From contig JAWBVE010000004.1 in the NCBI GenBank assembly GCA_038840695.1, forward strand, positions 774 through 64,773: a stretch of 64,000 nucleotides of DNA, in the 5' to 3' direction. The notes under the pieces are model-generated. The model ran no database searches, was not told the origin of the DNA, and saw nothing but the letters and a program-made list of their open reading frames with translations. Below are positions 18,600 through 27,671 of the stretch, piece after piece (the first letter of the stretch is position 1; each line of letters begins with the position of its first letter). This DNA comes from Candidatus Pacearchaeota archaeon (GTDB lineage: Archaea > Nanobdellota > Nanobdellia > Pacearchaeales > JAPDKA01). The position numbers were made by a program, and so were the translations under genes.

Positions 18600-19685
18600 A
18601 TGGCAATCATAATGCATATTGACATGGATGCCTTTTTTGCTTCTATAGAAGAAAGAGAGCATCCAGAGCTAAGAGGAAAGCCGATCATCGTTGGTGCTGA
18701 TCCAAAGCAGGGCAAGGGCAGAGGTGTCGTGAGTACTGCAAACTATGAAGCAAGAAAGTATGGCATAAAATCAGGGATGTCAATAAGCAAGGCATGGAAA
18801 ATTTGTAGAGAGCACTGCAAAGATGCAGCTTTCTTAAGGCCTAGATTTGAGCTCTATGAGAAAGAAAGTGAAAAGATAATGGAAATAATAGCTGAGCATG
18901 GCACAATTGAGCAAGTAAGTATTGATGAAGCATTTCTTGATGTAAGTAAGCAATGCAAGGATTTTGAGCAAGCAAGAGCTTTGGCATTGCTAATAAAAAA
19001 TAAAATTTATGAGGCTACTGGACTTACTTGCAGTATAGGCATAGCCGAAAACAAGCTTCTTGCTAAAATAGCCTCTGATTTAAAAAAGCCAGATGGTTTA
19101 ACTATTATAGAGCATAATGGCAATTTTTTGGCAAGATTTAAGCCAAACATTATTCCTGGAATTGGCAAAAAAACACTAGCCTTCTTAAGACAAGAAGGAA
19201 TAAAAACAATTGCTGATCTGCAAAAGAAAAGTCCATTTTGGTTTCTCGAAAAATTTGGAAAAATAGGCATTTATTATTATCAGGCTGTGCATGGCATCGA
19301 CAAAAGCAAGGTTGAAGGCAAGGCAAGCAAGACAAGCAAGCAGATTGAATTTAAATCTATTGGTAAGGAAATTACTTTTGATGTTGACACACTCGATGAG
19401 AAATTTATATTTTATTATGTTGATAAGCTTTGTGAAGCTGTTTGGGATGAAGTGCGAGCAGAAAGACTTTATTTTAAAGCAATAGAAGTAAAAATTAGAT
19501 ACCAAGACTATGCAACCCATACTCATGAGCAAAAATTGCTTGTGCCAATCGATAACTTAAGCTATTTTAGCGAAATTGCTAAGGCAATGATAAAGCCATT
19601 TTTAATCAAACCAATTCGCTTAATTGGCATTCGCGCAAAACATTTTGTAAAAGAGAAGCAATTAAAGTTAACTACATCAGCTTAG
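18600..19685 (+). CDS. dinB: Y-family DNA polymerase (DinB/Dpo4-like)
   Basis: HIDMDAFFASIEEREHPELRGKPIIVG is the DxDxFFAxVE catalytic motif. SIDEAFLDV follows. IGIAENKLLAKIASD is the little-finger/HhH block. Confidence 0.85.
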   Translation: MAIIMHIDMDAFFASIEEREHPELRGKPIIVGADPKQGKGRGVVSTANYEARKYGIKSGMSISKAWKICREHCKDAAFLRPRFELYEKESEKIMEIIAEHGTIEQVSIDEAFLDVSKQCKDFEQARALALLIKNKIYEATGLTCSIGIAENKLLAKIASDLKKPDGLTIIEHNGNFLARFKPNIIPGIGKKTLAFLRQEGIKTIADLQKKSPFWFLEKFGKIGIYYYQAVHGIDKSKVEGKASKTSKQIEFKSIGKEITFDVDTLDEKFIFYYVDKLCEAVWDEVRAERLYFKAIEVKIRYQDYATHTHEQKLLVPIDNLSYFSEIAKAMIKPFLIKPIRLIGIRAKHFVKEKQLKLTTSA

Positions 19686-19689
19686 CAAA

Positions 19690-20517
19690 ATGTATGAGCA
19701 AATAGGAAAAATAGTAATAATAAATGTGAAGGGAAAGCCTAAAATTAAAGAGCTTAAGGAGCTTAAGGCATTAGCAAAAAAGCTCTTGAGTGAGCATAGA
19801 CATATAGAGGCTATTTTTCTTAAGCAAGAAAAAGTTAAAGGAAGGCTAAGAAAAGCAAGCTATAAGCTACTTGCAGGAAAGCCTGTCTATGAAACTTTGT
19901 ATAGAGAAAATGGCTGCACTTTCAAGCTAAACATTAAAGATGTTTATTTCTCGTCGAGGTTAGCAAGCAATAGGCTATGGCTTGCTCAAAAGATAGTCGA
20001 ACTAGTAAAACAGAAAAAGAAGCAAAGGCCAAAAATTCTTGTGCAATTTGCAGGAATTGGTGTTTATGGAATTGTCATAGCAAGGCAACTTGCCCAGGCT
20101 GGCTTTGATTTTGATATGGTAATGATAGAGCTAAATAGAAAAGCTGTAAAGTATATGAAAGAGAACATATTGCTTAATCATTTTCCTAACATAGAATGCA
20201 TTCAGGGAGATGTGAAAAAAATATTACCAAAGCTTAACAAACTTAGCAAGCTCGGTATTGATAAATTTGATTTTATTGTTATGCCAAGACCAAAGCTTGA
20301 TTATGATTTTTTCAAGGAAGCATTTATTAATGCAAAAAAAGGAAGTATTGTTTTTTATTTTGATTTTGTTGATGAGGATGAAATTGCTAGAGAAAAGGAA
20401 AAGTTGGAAGAGAAAGCTAGAAAGCTTGGAAAAAAAATAAAATTTCTCGAGCTAAAAAAAGCAGGACAAATAGGCACTAGAAGATGGCGCATAGCAGCAG
20501 TTTTTGAAGTTTGCTAG
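19690..20517 (+). CDS. Trm5/Tyw2 (Met-10+ like) family tRNA methyltransferase
   Basis: YFSSRLASNRLWLAQKIV matches YFSPRL..ER. FAGIGVYGIVIA matches FAGVGPFSI. IELNRKAVKYMKENILLN matches the D/E-hNP.A block. FDFIVMPRPK matches the hMNLPK motif. Confidence 0.65.
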   Translation: MYEQIGKIVIINVKGKPKIKELKELKALAKKLLSEHRHIEAIFLKQEKVKGRLRKASYKLLAGKPVYETLYRENGCTFKLNIKDVYFSSRLASNRLWLAQKIVELVKQKKKQRPKILVQFAGIGVYGIVIARQLAQAGFDFDMVMIELNRKAVKYMKENILLNHFPNIECIQGDVKKILPKLNKLSKLGIDKFDFIVMPRPKLDYDFFKEAFINAKKGSIVFYFDFVDEDEIAREKEKLEEKARKLGKKIKFLELKKAGQIGTRRWRIAAVFEVC

Positions 20518-21756
20518 TCACTCAGCTTCATAATTAATTATTCTTACATTTTCTCGCGGCACACCTCTAATAACTATTGTCATATCGTCAAACTCAACTA
20601 CTATCTCCTCTTCCTCTCCCTCTTCCTCCTTGCTCTTGCTTTCCTCTTTTCTAGTTTTGATTATCCTTTTTTCGCTTTTACTTCCCCCACTTTCGCTTCT
20701 CCCACTTTTGCTTTTACTTTCATAACTTCTTTTATCGCCCTCATTTCCAACCTCATTTCCATAGCTCTTACTTTCTTCTTTCCTTTCTTCTTCTCTCGCT
20801 TTTCTAGCTGTTTCCAAATCTTTAGTAGTTTGCATGGTTTGCGTTTGTGTGATGGTTTGCGTGATCTGAGTAGATGAAATAGTTGATGTTGGATATTCAA
20901 AATTTTCAAAATCTTTTCCATAAATTAGCTTTACTTTTTCTTCAAGCGTTGCTTCTCTGCCTAATTTGCATTTTTCGGGCAAAAAGATCAATTGACCTAC
21001 TCTCAAGACATCAATGCTTCTCTCTACTTGTGGATTTAATTCATCAACTTCCGGGCCACAAATTCTTATAAGCTTTCTAAGAGAGTCGCCATACTTTGCA
21101 TTATATACTTTTGCTCTCGAGAAAGCATCATAATCAGTGGCATCATAATCAGTGCCTTTATTTTCTTTGCTTTTTTCAATTTTATAACAGGCATTTATTG
21201 TCTCAAAAACATTTTCAATATATTGCCTAACTATGGGCATTCTATTCCATCTTCCAACTTTATCTTCGCCGGCAACATAAGCAACTAAGGCATTTTCAAG
21301 GCTGCCATACTTTTCCATGCCCTCTTTTATTTCAGCAGCCCCAGCAATAACGCTAAAAGGTGAAAACCTCCAATCTTCAAAGCCATTTATTTCAAGCCCA
21401 TACTTTCTTGCGGTGAATTTCATAAGCTGCACAGGCCCGGCAGCTCCTTTGCTTGAGTAAGCATTTGGATTTCCTTTTGATTCAATAGCAATCAAGCCAG
21501 CCAATATGCAATAATCAAGTCCAAACATTTTTGCTGCTAGCTCAACAATCCCTCGATAGCTGTCAATATTTTTTAAATATCTTGCATAGTCATCATCACA
21601 GCTTTTCTTCTTGCAGTAGCTCATTACTTCACGCAAGGCAATAGGAACTAAAGAGCCATCTTGTGCTTTCGCATTGATAGGCATAAAGCTTAGTGTAAAT
21701 GGCAACGCAATTGGCAGCAAGGAAATATATTTTTTTACTTTTTCTAAAGCCCCCAT
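20518..21756 (-). CDS. secreted lytic transglycosylase (SLT/GEWL domain) with LysM domain and charged low-complexity C-terminal tail
   Basis: Signal peptide ISLLPIALPFTLSFMPINAKA. SLT catalytic block LIAIESKGNPNAYSSKGAAGPVQLMKFTA (ES..N....S..GA.G.MQ). LysM-like block YNAKYGDSLRKLIRICGPEVDELNPQVERSIDVLRVGQLIFLP. The tail is TQITQTITQTQTMQTT plus a K/E/S-rich stretch. Confidence 0.7.
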   Translation of the reverse strand: MGALEKVKKYISLLPIALPFTLSFMPINAKAQDGSLVPIALREVMSYCKKKSCDDDYARYLKNIDSYRGIVELAAKMFGLDYCILAGLIAIESKGNPNAYSSKGAAGPVQLMKFTARKYGLEINGFEDWRFSPFSVIAGAAEIKEGMEKYGSLENALVAYVAGEDKVGRWNRMPIVRQYIENVFETINACYKIEKSKENKGTDYDATDYDAFSRAKVYNAKYGDSLRKLIRICGPEVDELNPQVERSIDVLRVGQLIFLPEKCKLGREATLEEKVKLIYGKDFENFEYPTSTISSTQITQTITQTQTMQTTKDLETARKAREEERKEESKSYGNEVGNEGDKRSYESKSKSGRSESGGSKSEKRIIKTRKEESKSKEEEGEEEEIVVEFDDMTIVIRGVPRENVRIINYEAE

Positions 21757-21821
21757 TTTAGCCTCATTTTAGCTTCATTTTTAGTGTCACTATTTTACAA
21801 TTAATAATAAAATCGAAAGGT

Positions 21822-21830
21822 TTAAAAATT
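21822..21830 (+). promoter_or_regulatory. TATA-box-like element upstream of M23 peptidase gene
   Basis: TTTAAAAAT lies about 25 nt upstream of the ATG at 21850. Confidence 0.25.
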
Positions 21831-21849
21831 TTTTTTATTAATTTTTTCC

Positions 21850-22656
21850 ATGACTTTTATTAAAGCTATACTGCTTGCATCCGCTATTATAATCGGCCAA
21901 CAAGGCCAAGGCCAACAAGGGAAAACTTCATTAGAAAGTGAACTAGAAAAAATAGCTGCAATTTATTCTAGTTGTAGCTATGGCAACTATGAGAGCTGCA
22001 TTAAGGCATTTAGCATGTTACAAAAGCTGAGAAATGATGGCGATAGTTATGGAGTAAGGGCAATAAGAAAGAATAAGCGAGCTCTCGAGAAAAGCTTGAG
22101 TGAAATAATTAATAGGATTGATGAGGAAATTGCCGAGAGAGGATATGAATTTGATTCTAAGCTATTCTTCCCATTAAAAAATGTAAAATTAAGCGATATA
22201 GGCCTTGGTGGGTTTGTGGCTAGAAACTATGATTGGCTTGAAGGAAGTTTTTATAAGGGCCATCCAGCCTATGATATTTTTGTTTATGATAGGAATAGAG
22301 ATAGCTTAGATGATAGAACAAAAAAGCCAATAAAGATTTTTGCAGCGGCTGATGGCATTATTGTTTCTGTGTTTGATGAATGGGAAAAAAGTGGCAAAGG
22401 CAATGGAGGAAATTATATTTATCTTTATAACAGCAAACTGAAATATTTCTTTTACTATGCACACTTAGGCAAGATTTTTGTAAAGGAAGGTGATTTCGTG
22501 AGAGGAGGAGATGTTATTGCATATCTTGGCAGAACAGGGCGAGCAGCTGAGAGGCCTACTCATTTGCACTTTGCAATTTATTATTTTGATAAAGCCAAGA
22601 AAAATTTAGTTCCGGTTGATTGGATAAAGGAAAGATTATTTGATCTCCATTTGTAA
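21850..22656 (+). CDS. M23 family metallopeptidase (LytM/lysostaphin-like peptidoglycan endopeptidase)
   Basis: N-terminal signal (ILLASAIIIGQQGQG). HPAYDIF is the HxxxD motif. FAAADGIIVSV is present. NYIYLYNSKLKYFFYYAHL is followed by GRTGRAAERPTHLHFAI, the HxH zinc site. Divergently transcribed from the SLT gene. Confidence 0.75.
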   Translation: MTFIKAILLASAIIIGQQGQGQQGKTSLESELEKIAAIYSSCSYGNYESCIKAFSMLQKLRNDGDSYGVRAIRKNKRALEKSLSEIINRIDEEIAERGYEFDSKLFFPLKNVKLSDIGLGGFVARNYDWLEGSFYKGHPAYDIFVYDRNRDSLDDRTKKPIKIFAAADGIIVSVFDEWEKSGKGNGGNYIYLYNSKLKYFFYYAHLGKIFVKEGDFVRGGDVIAYLGRTGRAAERPTHLHFAIYYFDKAKKNLVPVDWIKERLFDLHL

Positions 22657-22685
22657 TATTGCTTATAAATTGCTAAATTGCCTAA

Positions 22686-23993
22686 TTATTCTCTCTTTTC
22701 AACTTTCACAGCTGTCGGAGCTTCGCCACCATGCCAAGTAAATCGTGGTCTAATCCTGATGCTATATATTCTTTCACTGTTATCATCAAGAACAAGAGCA
22801 GAGCCTTTGTAGCGAGGCAAGTCATTCATATAGGCAATTATATCTTCAGCAAGATAAGTTTGCATTATCTCACTAAGTGCATCTAGGTCAGGCTTTGCAG
22901 TAAGTCTATGACTTATAATTATGTCAGCCTGTGTGATTGCATCAGTATGCAATTTTCCTGGCTGTTGTGTTGCAAAAACCATGCTTATGCCAGGCTGCCT
23001 TCCTTCTCGCAGGAGCTGTATCAATGCATCACTTGCAGCCGTCTTGCCTTCTTTAGGCAAAAACTCATGCATCTCGTCAATGAAAATCCAGACAAGTGGC
23101 AGTTCTCGCTTTTTGAAAGCTAAATACTCTATCCCTCTTCGCACAGCTTCAACTTCTTCAAGCTTTCTTGCAAGCATTCGTTCATTAAAAAGTTTTTTGC
23201 ATAGAAGGCCTATTACAAGAGCCCTAACATTATAAACCCCAACACTGCTATACATGCTTAAATCAAGTACAGTAGTTGTTCCTGCCTCGAGTAGCTCGCG
23301 AGTTGTTGTTGCTTTTTCAGCCTTACTTGCAAATATGCCCCAAGCCTTGGCAGCATTAAAAAGATTTATTGCAGCAAGTTTATACCTGTCCTCTACTTCT
23401 TTATCAGCTTTTATTTCTTCTATTATGTCATCAATATCATAGTTACTTCTTGTTTTTTTTAGCTTTATTACGGCCTTTTGTATTGCTATGCCGACGGGAT
23501 GTGTAAAGCCTAAATTAAAAGTTATGAGCCAATCTTCGTGGCTAACATCAGGAACACTAAGCGCAAATGGCAATATTTTGCCAATACCTCTTTTCACAAA
23601 TTCATCATAATAGGCATAGGGCACAAAAACTCTGACAGGCAAATTTTTTGGCTTTAGATTCCACTGTCTTAACAAATCGATCTCTTTATCATTTCTATAA
23701 GCCATACTCCAATAAATTCCCATCGTATCAAAAATGAGCGGCGCAATATTTTCCTTAACTTCTGGCGGCATATCTGTTATGCCTTCAGCAATAACGCCAA
23801 GAGAATAAGACTTGCCACTTCCACGCTTACCGCAAACCATGATAACATGATTTCTTGCAATGTCAAGTAGCACTGGATTGCTCAAATTAACAAGATGCTC
23901 CATCCTAACCCAAAGCCTGCCTATAGGAATTAATCCCTTATCTCCAAATTTCTTTGTGTCTTCCTCACTTCTACCAATCCATATGTCCGGCAT
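22686..23993 (-). CDS. HerA/FtsK-class P-loop ATPase (DUF87-like)
   Basis: Walker A HVIMVCGKRGSGKSYSLG. Walker B VWIFIDEMHEFLP. Arg-finger region LLREGRQPGISMVFATQQP, matching the RxGRKxG...TQxP signature of the HerA/VirB4-like clade. Confidence 0.6.
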   Translation of the reverse strand: MPDIWIGRSEEDTKKFGDKGLIPIGRLWVRMEHLVNLSNPVLLDIARNHVIMVCGKRGSGKSYSLGVIAEGITDMPPEVKENIAPLIFDTMGIYWSMAYRNDKEIDLLRQWNLKPKNLPVRVFVPYAYYDEFVKRGIGKILPFALSVPDVSHEDWLITFNLGFTHPVGIAIQKAVIKLKKTRSNYDIDDIIEEIKADKEVEDRYKLAAINLFNAAKAWGIFASKAEKATTTRELLEAGTTTVLDLSMYSSVGVYNVRALVIGLLCKKLFNERMLARKLEEVEAVRRGIEYLAFKKRELPLVWIFIDEMHEFLPKEGKTAASDALIQLLREGRQPGISMVFATQQPGKLHTDAITQADIIISHRLTAKPDLDALSEIMQTYLAEDIIAYMNDLPRYKGSALVLDDNSERIYSIRIRPRFTWHGGEAPTAVKVEKRE

Positions 23994-24184
23994 TTTACAT
24001 CTAACCTCTTTTTTCTTAATATATTTGCTTGTTAATATTTTTATTTCTTTGCTTTTTTTGATTCTGTTAACTTAACATATCGCGAGGGAATAAGGAGTCA
24101 GAACTGAGGATTTTCCAAAGCTGTCAAACTCTTAGCAAATTCAAGCCTGAAGCAGCATTGGCTTCACTTTGCCTTCACTTTGCT

Positions 24185-24778
24185 CTAGCTTCCCTCTTTC
24201 TTTTTCGATTTTAATATTTTATTTATCAAAAATCCGACGAGATAGCCAATAAAAGCGCCAAAGGCAACATCACTAAAATAATGATAGCCCCAATAAACTC
24301 TTGAAAAGGCAACTAACAAGCTTAGCAAAAGCCAAACAATCAAAGCAAGCCCCTCGAAGAAAGCAAGTAGCGAGAAGAGGGCATTGGTATGATTGCTTGG
24401 AAAAGAGCTGCTAAGATAAAAGCCTTCAGTAGGCCTTGCTCTTCCAATGATAGCTTTTAACAAAAAACCAAGCAAAACAGCTATAACCAAAGCACTTGCC
24501 TCTTTCTTTAGGTTTGACTTATAAATCCTGTTAAAGAAAACCCCGGCGAGGAAAATTAAAAGTGCTAGGCTGATATAGCTGTAAGCCCCAGCAAGCGGCG
24601 CAAGCAGGCTATCAAGAAATTGACTTCTCGGGATTTTTATTTTATCGAGCCAAATAAACGAGATAAAAATAAAAGAAACAAGAAAAGCAAATATTAAAGG
24701 TATTTTAAAAACTTTTTTTCCTTTTTCTCTTAGCTCTTGTCTTTCAAGTCTTTCAACCTCTTTTTTCGTTTTTTTCAT
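24185..24778 (-). CDS. PAP2 family lipid phosphatase
   Basis: KAIIGRARPTE is the KxxxxxxRP motif. SFPSNHT is PSGH-like. SRVYWGYHYFSDV is the SRxxxxxHxxxD motif. Five or six TM segments. Confidence 0.8.
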   Translation of the reverse strand: MKKTKKEVERLERQELREKGKKVFKIPLIFAFLVSFIFISFIWLDKIKIPRSQFLDSLLAPLAGAYSYISLALLIFLAGVFFNRIYKSNLKKEASALVIAVLLGFLLKAIIGRARPTEGFYLSSSFPSNHTNALFSLLAFFEGLALIVWLLLSLLVAFSRVYWGYHYFSDVAFGAFIGYLVGFLINKILKSKKKEGS

Positions 24779-24937
24779 TTTTCTTTTTTCATTAATTTAA
24801 AATCCTTTTATTAAAAAATTTATCTTAATTTGTTGCATAGCTAATAGAATAAAATTAATAGAAAAGTTAAAATGGGATAAAAATTATGGGATTAAGGAAA
24901 GAAAAAAATTAGAAATAAAATCAAACTAAAACCAAAG

Positions 24938-25573
24938 ATGGCATGCAAGAATTGTAAGGAGAGGACGGTTTATGTTGATATAAGTGGTAAGCCTCTTTGT
25001 GCGAGCCATTTTAGACAGCTTTATGAAAAAAAGATCTTAAAAACTATAAGAAAATTTAGGCTGATAGAAAAAGGAGACAAGTTGCTAATGCCTGTCGATA
25101 TTAATTATTGTAGTTTAGCTCTTTTACATTTTCTAGAAAAGTATTGCGCGCAGAGGCGCATAGAGTTGCAAATTAAAAGAGGCAAAGGAGCAAGCTTAAG
25201 TGGCTTTACTAAATTAGTAAGAGCTGATTGCCTCGATAAGATAGCAGGAATGATAATTGAAAACTTTTTGCAAAAAAGCCCTAATTGGGATGGATGTTTT
25301 CCAAAAAATAAAATTAAAAGCAAAAATGGAAAAAAGCGTGGAAAAGAGCTTATAGAAATAAGGCCACTCTATTTTATAAGTGAGAAAGAGAGTGAGCTCT
25401 ATTGTAAACTAAATAAAATAAAAGTAAATAAAATAAAAGGTAAAATAAAAGGCGAGAAAGCACAAAATAAATTTGCTAATTTACTTGCAGAGGTCGAAGC
25501 TAAACATCGTGGCACAATGAATGCGATTGTGAACACTTTCTTGAAAATATCTGGTTTTTTATCTGCAAAATGA
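24938..25573 (+). CDS. TtuA/Ncs6-like protein with degenerate PP-loop
   Basis: N-terminal Zn-ribbon-like CKNCK...C. The position of the SGGKDS P-loop reads MPVDINYCS. The C-terminal IRPLYFISEKESELYC resembles the TtuA RPL..ExE..Y block. Compare the intact paralog at 45861..46808. Confidence 0.3.
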   Translation: MACKNCKERTVYVDISGKPLCASHFRQLYEKKILKTIRKFRLIEKGDKLLMPVDINYCSLALLHFLEKYCAQRRIELQIKRGKGASLSGFTKLVRADCLDKIAGMIIENFLQKSPNWDGCFPKNKIKSKNGKKRGKELIEIRPLYFISEKESELYCKLNKIKVNKIKGKIKGEKAQNKFANLLAEVEAKHRGTMNAIVNTFLKISGFLSAK

Positions 25574-25647
25574 TAAAAATGATAAATTTAAAAACGCTAA
25601 ATAATTAAAGAATACATAGAATTGGAAATAATTGAAAATGAAAAAAT

Positions 25648-27099
25648 ATGAAAATAATTAAAAAATATAAAAATCAAATGAGCCGAAAAAACAAACTGCT
25701 ATTGCTTTCAGCAATTATTGGGTTAATCCTAGCTGTATCAGTGATTGCAATTATCTTTTCATTTCGCCATCCAGCAGCAATAGCAGAAAAGACTAGAATA
25801 AAGGCTGAATATGCTATTTATGCTGATGGCAAGCTCTATGAGACAGAGCAAATAAGTTTTTATGAAGGCGAGCTCTCTCGGAAGCTTGGGCTTGCGAGTG
25901 ATAAACTTGATCAAGTGCTTGATCAAATGCTAGTTAATAAAAGTGACGAAGGGGATAAAGAATTTAATATAAGCTTAAGCCCTGAAGAGGCTTATGGAAG
26001 CTATGATGAAAGTTTGAGGAGAGTTGTTGATAGAACAATAAAGCAAAGCCGATTTAATGAGATAGAGCTTAGCGGCACTATCACAAAAGATCAATTTATT
26101 CAGGCTTTTGGCCAAGAGCCTCTTGTAAATCAAAGCTATGTCACAGCAGGCCTTATTTTTCCTATAAAAGTTATTTCTGTAAGCGATGTGGTTAAATTTG
26201 AGCTTGATGTTAAGCCAGGCGATGTTTCTAGAAAGGATCAATTTGGTTTTTGGCTTGAAGTTGTTGAAATCAATAGGGCCAATAACAGCGTTAAGTTAAA
26301 ATTGAGTGGAAATGCAACACAGATTCCAAGCCAATTTGGTTTAATCGATGTAAGTTTTGATAGCGAGAATGTTTATTATAAACTAAACCCTATAATTGGC
26401 GAAGAACTAATGTGGCAAAATGAAGAAGGTATAGTAGTTAGTTTCAATGAAACTTCAATTGTGCTTGATAGAAATCACCCTCTTGCAGGCAAACCAATCA
26501 TTGTAAACATAAAAATTCTAAGCAAAGAGGCTATGAAGGCAGTGGCAGGAGCAGTAATGGATGTTTTCATAATGAGTTATTGTCCTTATGGCTTGCAGAT
26601 TGTTAAAGGATTGCTGCCAGTATGGAAAGCATTTGAGGATAAAGCCAATATTACTGTTAGATTTGTTAGTTATACCATGCATGGCCAAAAAGAAGCTGAT
26701 GAAAATGCAAGGATGGCCTGTATAAGAGAGGAGCAAAGCAATAAATATATGGATTATCTTGAATGTTTTGTAGAGAGTGGAAATGCCCAGGAATGTTTAG
26801 AAAAAGTTGGCATAGATAAAGCAAAGTTAAATAGCTGCATTACAGAGCGAGCTAAAAGCTATTTAGCCTATGATGCTGAACTTAATGAAAGATATGGCGT
26901 TAAAGGAAGCCCGACTGTTGTGATAAACGGCGAGCAAGTAGAAATTTGGCCAAGAAGTCCAGCCAACATAGCAAGCAAGCTTTGCGAGTATTTCAGTGAA
27001 AAGCCACAGGAGTGCAGCATGTCTTTCAGCAAAGAAAACCCAAGCCCTGGCTTTGGTTCAAAACAGACAAGTAGCAGTGGAGGAAGCTGTGGTGGCTAA
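25648..27099 (+). CDS. membrane-anchored protein with C-terminal DsbA-like thioredoxin-fold domain
   Basis: N-terminal TM LLLLSAIIGLILAVSVIAIIF. The C-terminal block FIMSYCPYGLQIV...YGVKGSPTVVINGEQV is the DsbA cis-Pro GSPT..ING motif. The active-site position is CPYG with a single Cys. Confidence 0.5.
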   Translation: MKIIKKYKNQMSRKNKLLLLSAIIGLILAVSVIAIIFSFRHPAAIAEKTRIKAEYAIYADGKLYETEQISFYEGELSRKLGLASDKLDQVLDQMLVNKSDEGDKEFNISLSPEEAYGSYDESLRRVVDRTIKQSRFNEIELSGTITKDQFIQAFGQEPLVNQSYVTAGLIFPIKVISVSDVVKFELDVKPGDVSRKDQFGFWLEVVEINRANNSVKLKLSGNATQIPSQFGLIDVSFDSENVYYKLNPIIGEELMWQNEEGIVVSFNETSIVLDRNHPLAGKPIIVNIKILSKEAMKAVAGAVMDVFIMSYCPYGLQIVKGLLPVWKAFEDKANITVRFVSYTMHGQKEADENARMACIREEQSNKYMDYLECFVESGNAQECLEKVGIDKAKLNSCITERAKSYLAYDAELNERYGVKGSPTVVINGEQVEIWPRSPANIASKLCEYFSEKPQECSMSFSKENPSPGFGSKQTSSSGGSCGG

Positions 27100-27177
27100 G
27101 AGATGATTAAGAGAATTTAAGCTGGCCTTTAAGCTGGCCTAAATTTTGATAATATTTTGATAATAGTTCAGACATTA

Positions 27178-27627
27178 TTATTTTGCCCTTATAAAATTTT
27201 CAATTGCTTTCATAAAATTTTCAAACTTATTTTGAACTTCACTAAACTTTGTCATGTCAAGAGTGATTACTTCATTATTAACAAAAATCTTCATTGTTAG
27301 GCCTTTCCTAAATTCGCTTTCAGTAACTTTTTTGTACTTATCTATATTCCTCATTGTTTCATAAAAGCCTAAGAAGTCAATAATTGCCTTTTCTTTCTTG
27401 AAAATTTTTTTTGCTAGCTCAAGTTGCTCAAGAGGCGTTTTTGGCACAACTTTAATGAGCTTTTTCTTTTTAGCATGCTCGAGTGCTATTTGTAAGCTAA
27501 GTGCAACGACTTCAACCATTTTCTTAATCACACTTACCATCAACTCGCCAGTTTTTGTGTATTTTAAGCTTGTGTAAAATAAATGCTGTTCCTCTCGCTT
27601 TTCTCGCTCAAGTTTTTTCAATGGCAT
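27178..27627 (-). CDS. hypothetical alpha-helical protein
   Basis: ATG at 27627. No recognisable motif. Same strand and 44 nt from the next gene. Confidence 0.35.
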   Translation of the reverse strand: MPLKKLEREKREEQHLFYTSLKYTKTGELMVSVIKKMVEVVALSLQIALEHAKKKKLIKVVPKTPLEQLELAKKIFKKEKAIIDFLGFYETMRNIDKYKKVTESEFRKGLTMKIFVNNEVITLDMTKFSEVQNKFENFMKAIENFIRAK

Positions 27628-27671
27628 TTTTTATTCTTTCTTTTTTACTTTTTATTTTTATTCTTTTATTT

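Noticed and set aside
18438-18715. Minus-strand ORFs (74 aa and 81 aa) spanning the fen/dinB junction
   Set aside because: They are antisense to two motif-supported genes and have Ser/Phe-rich composition. No space is available for an independent gene.
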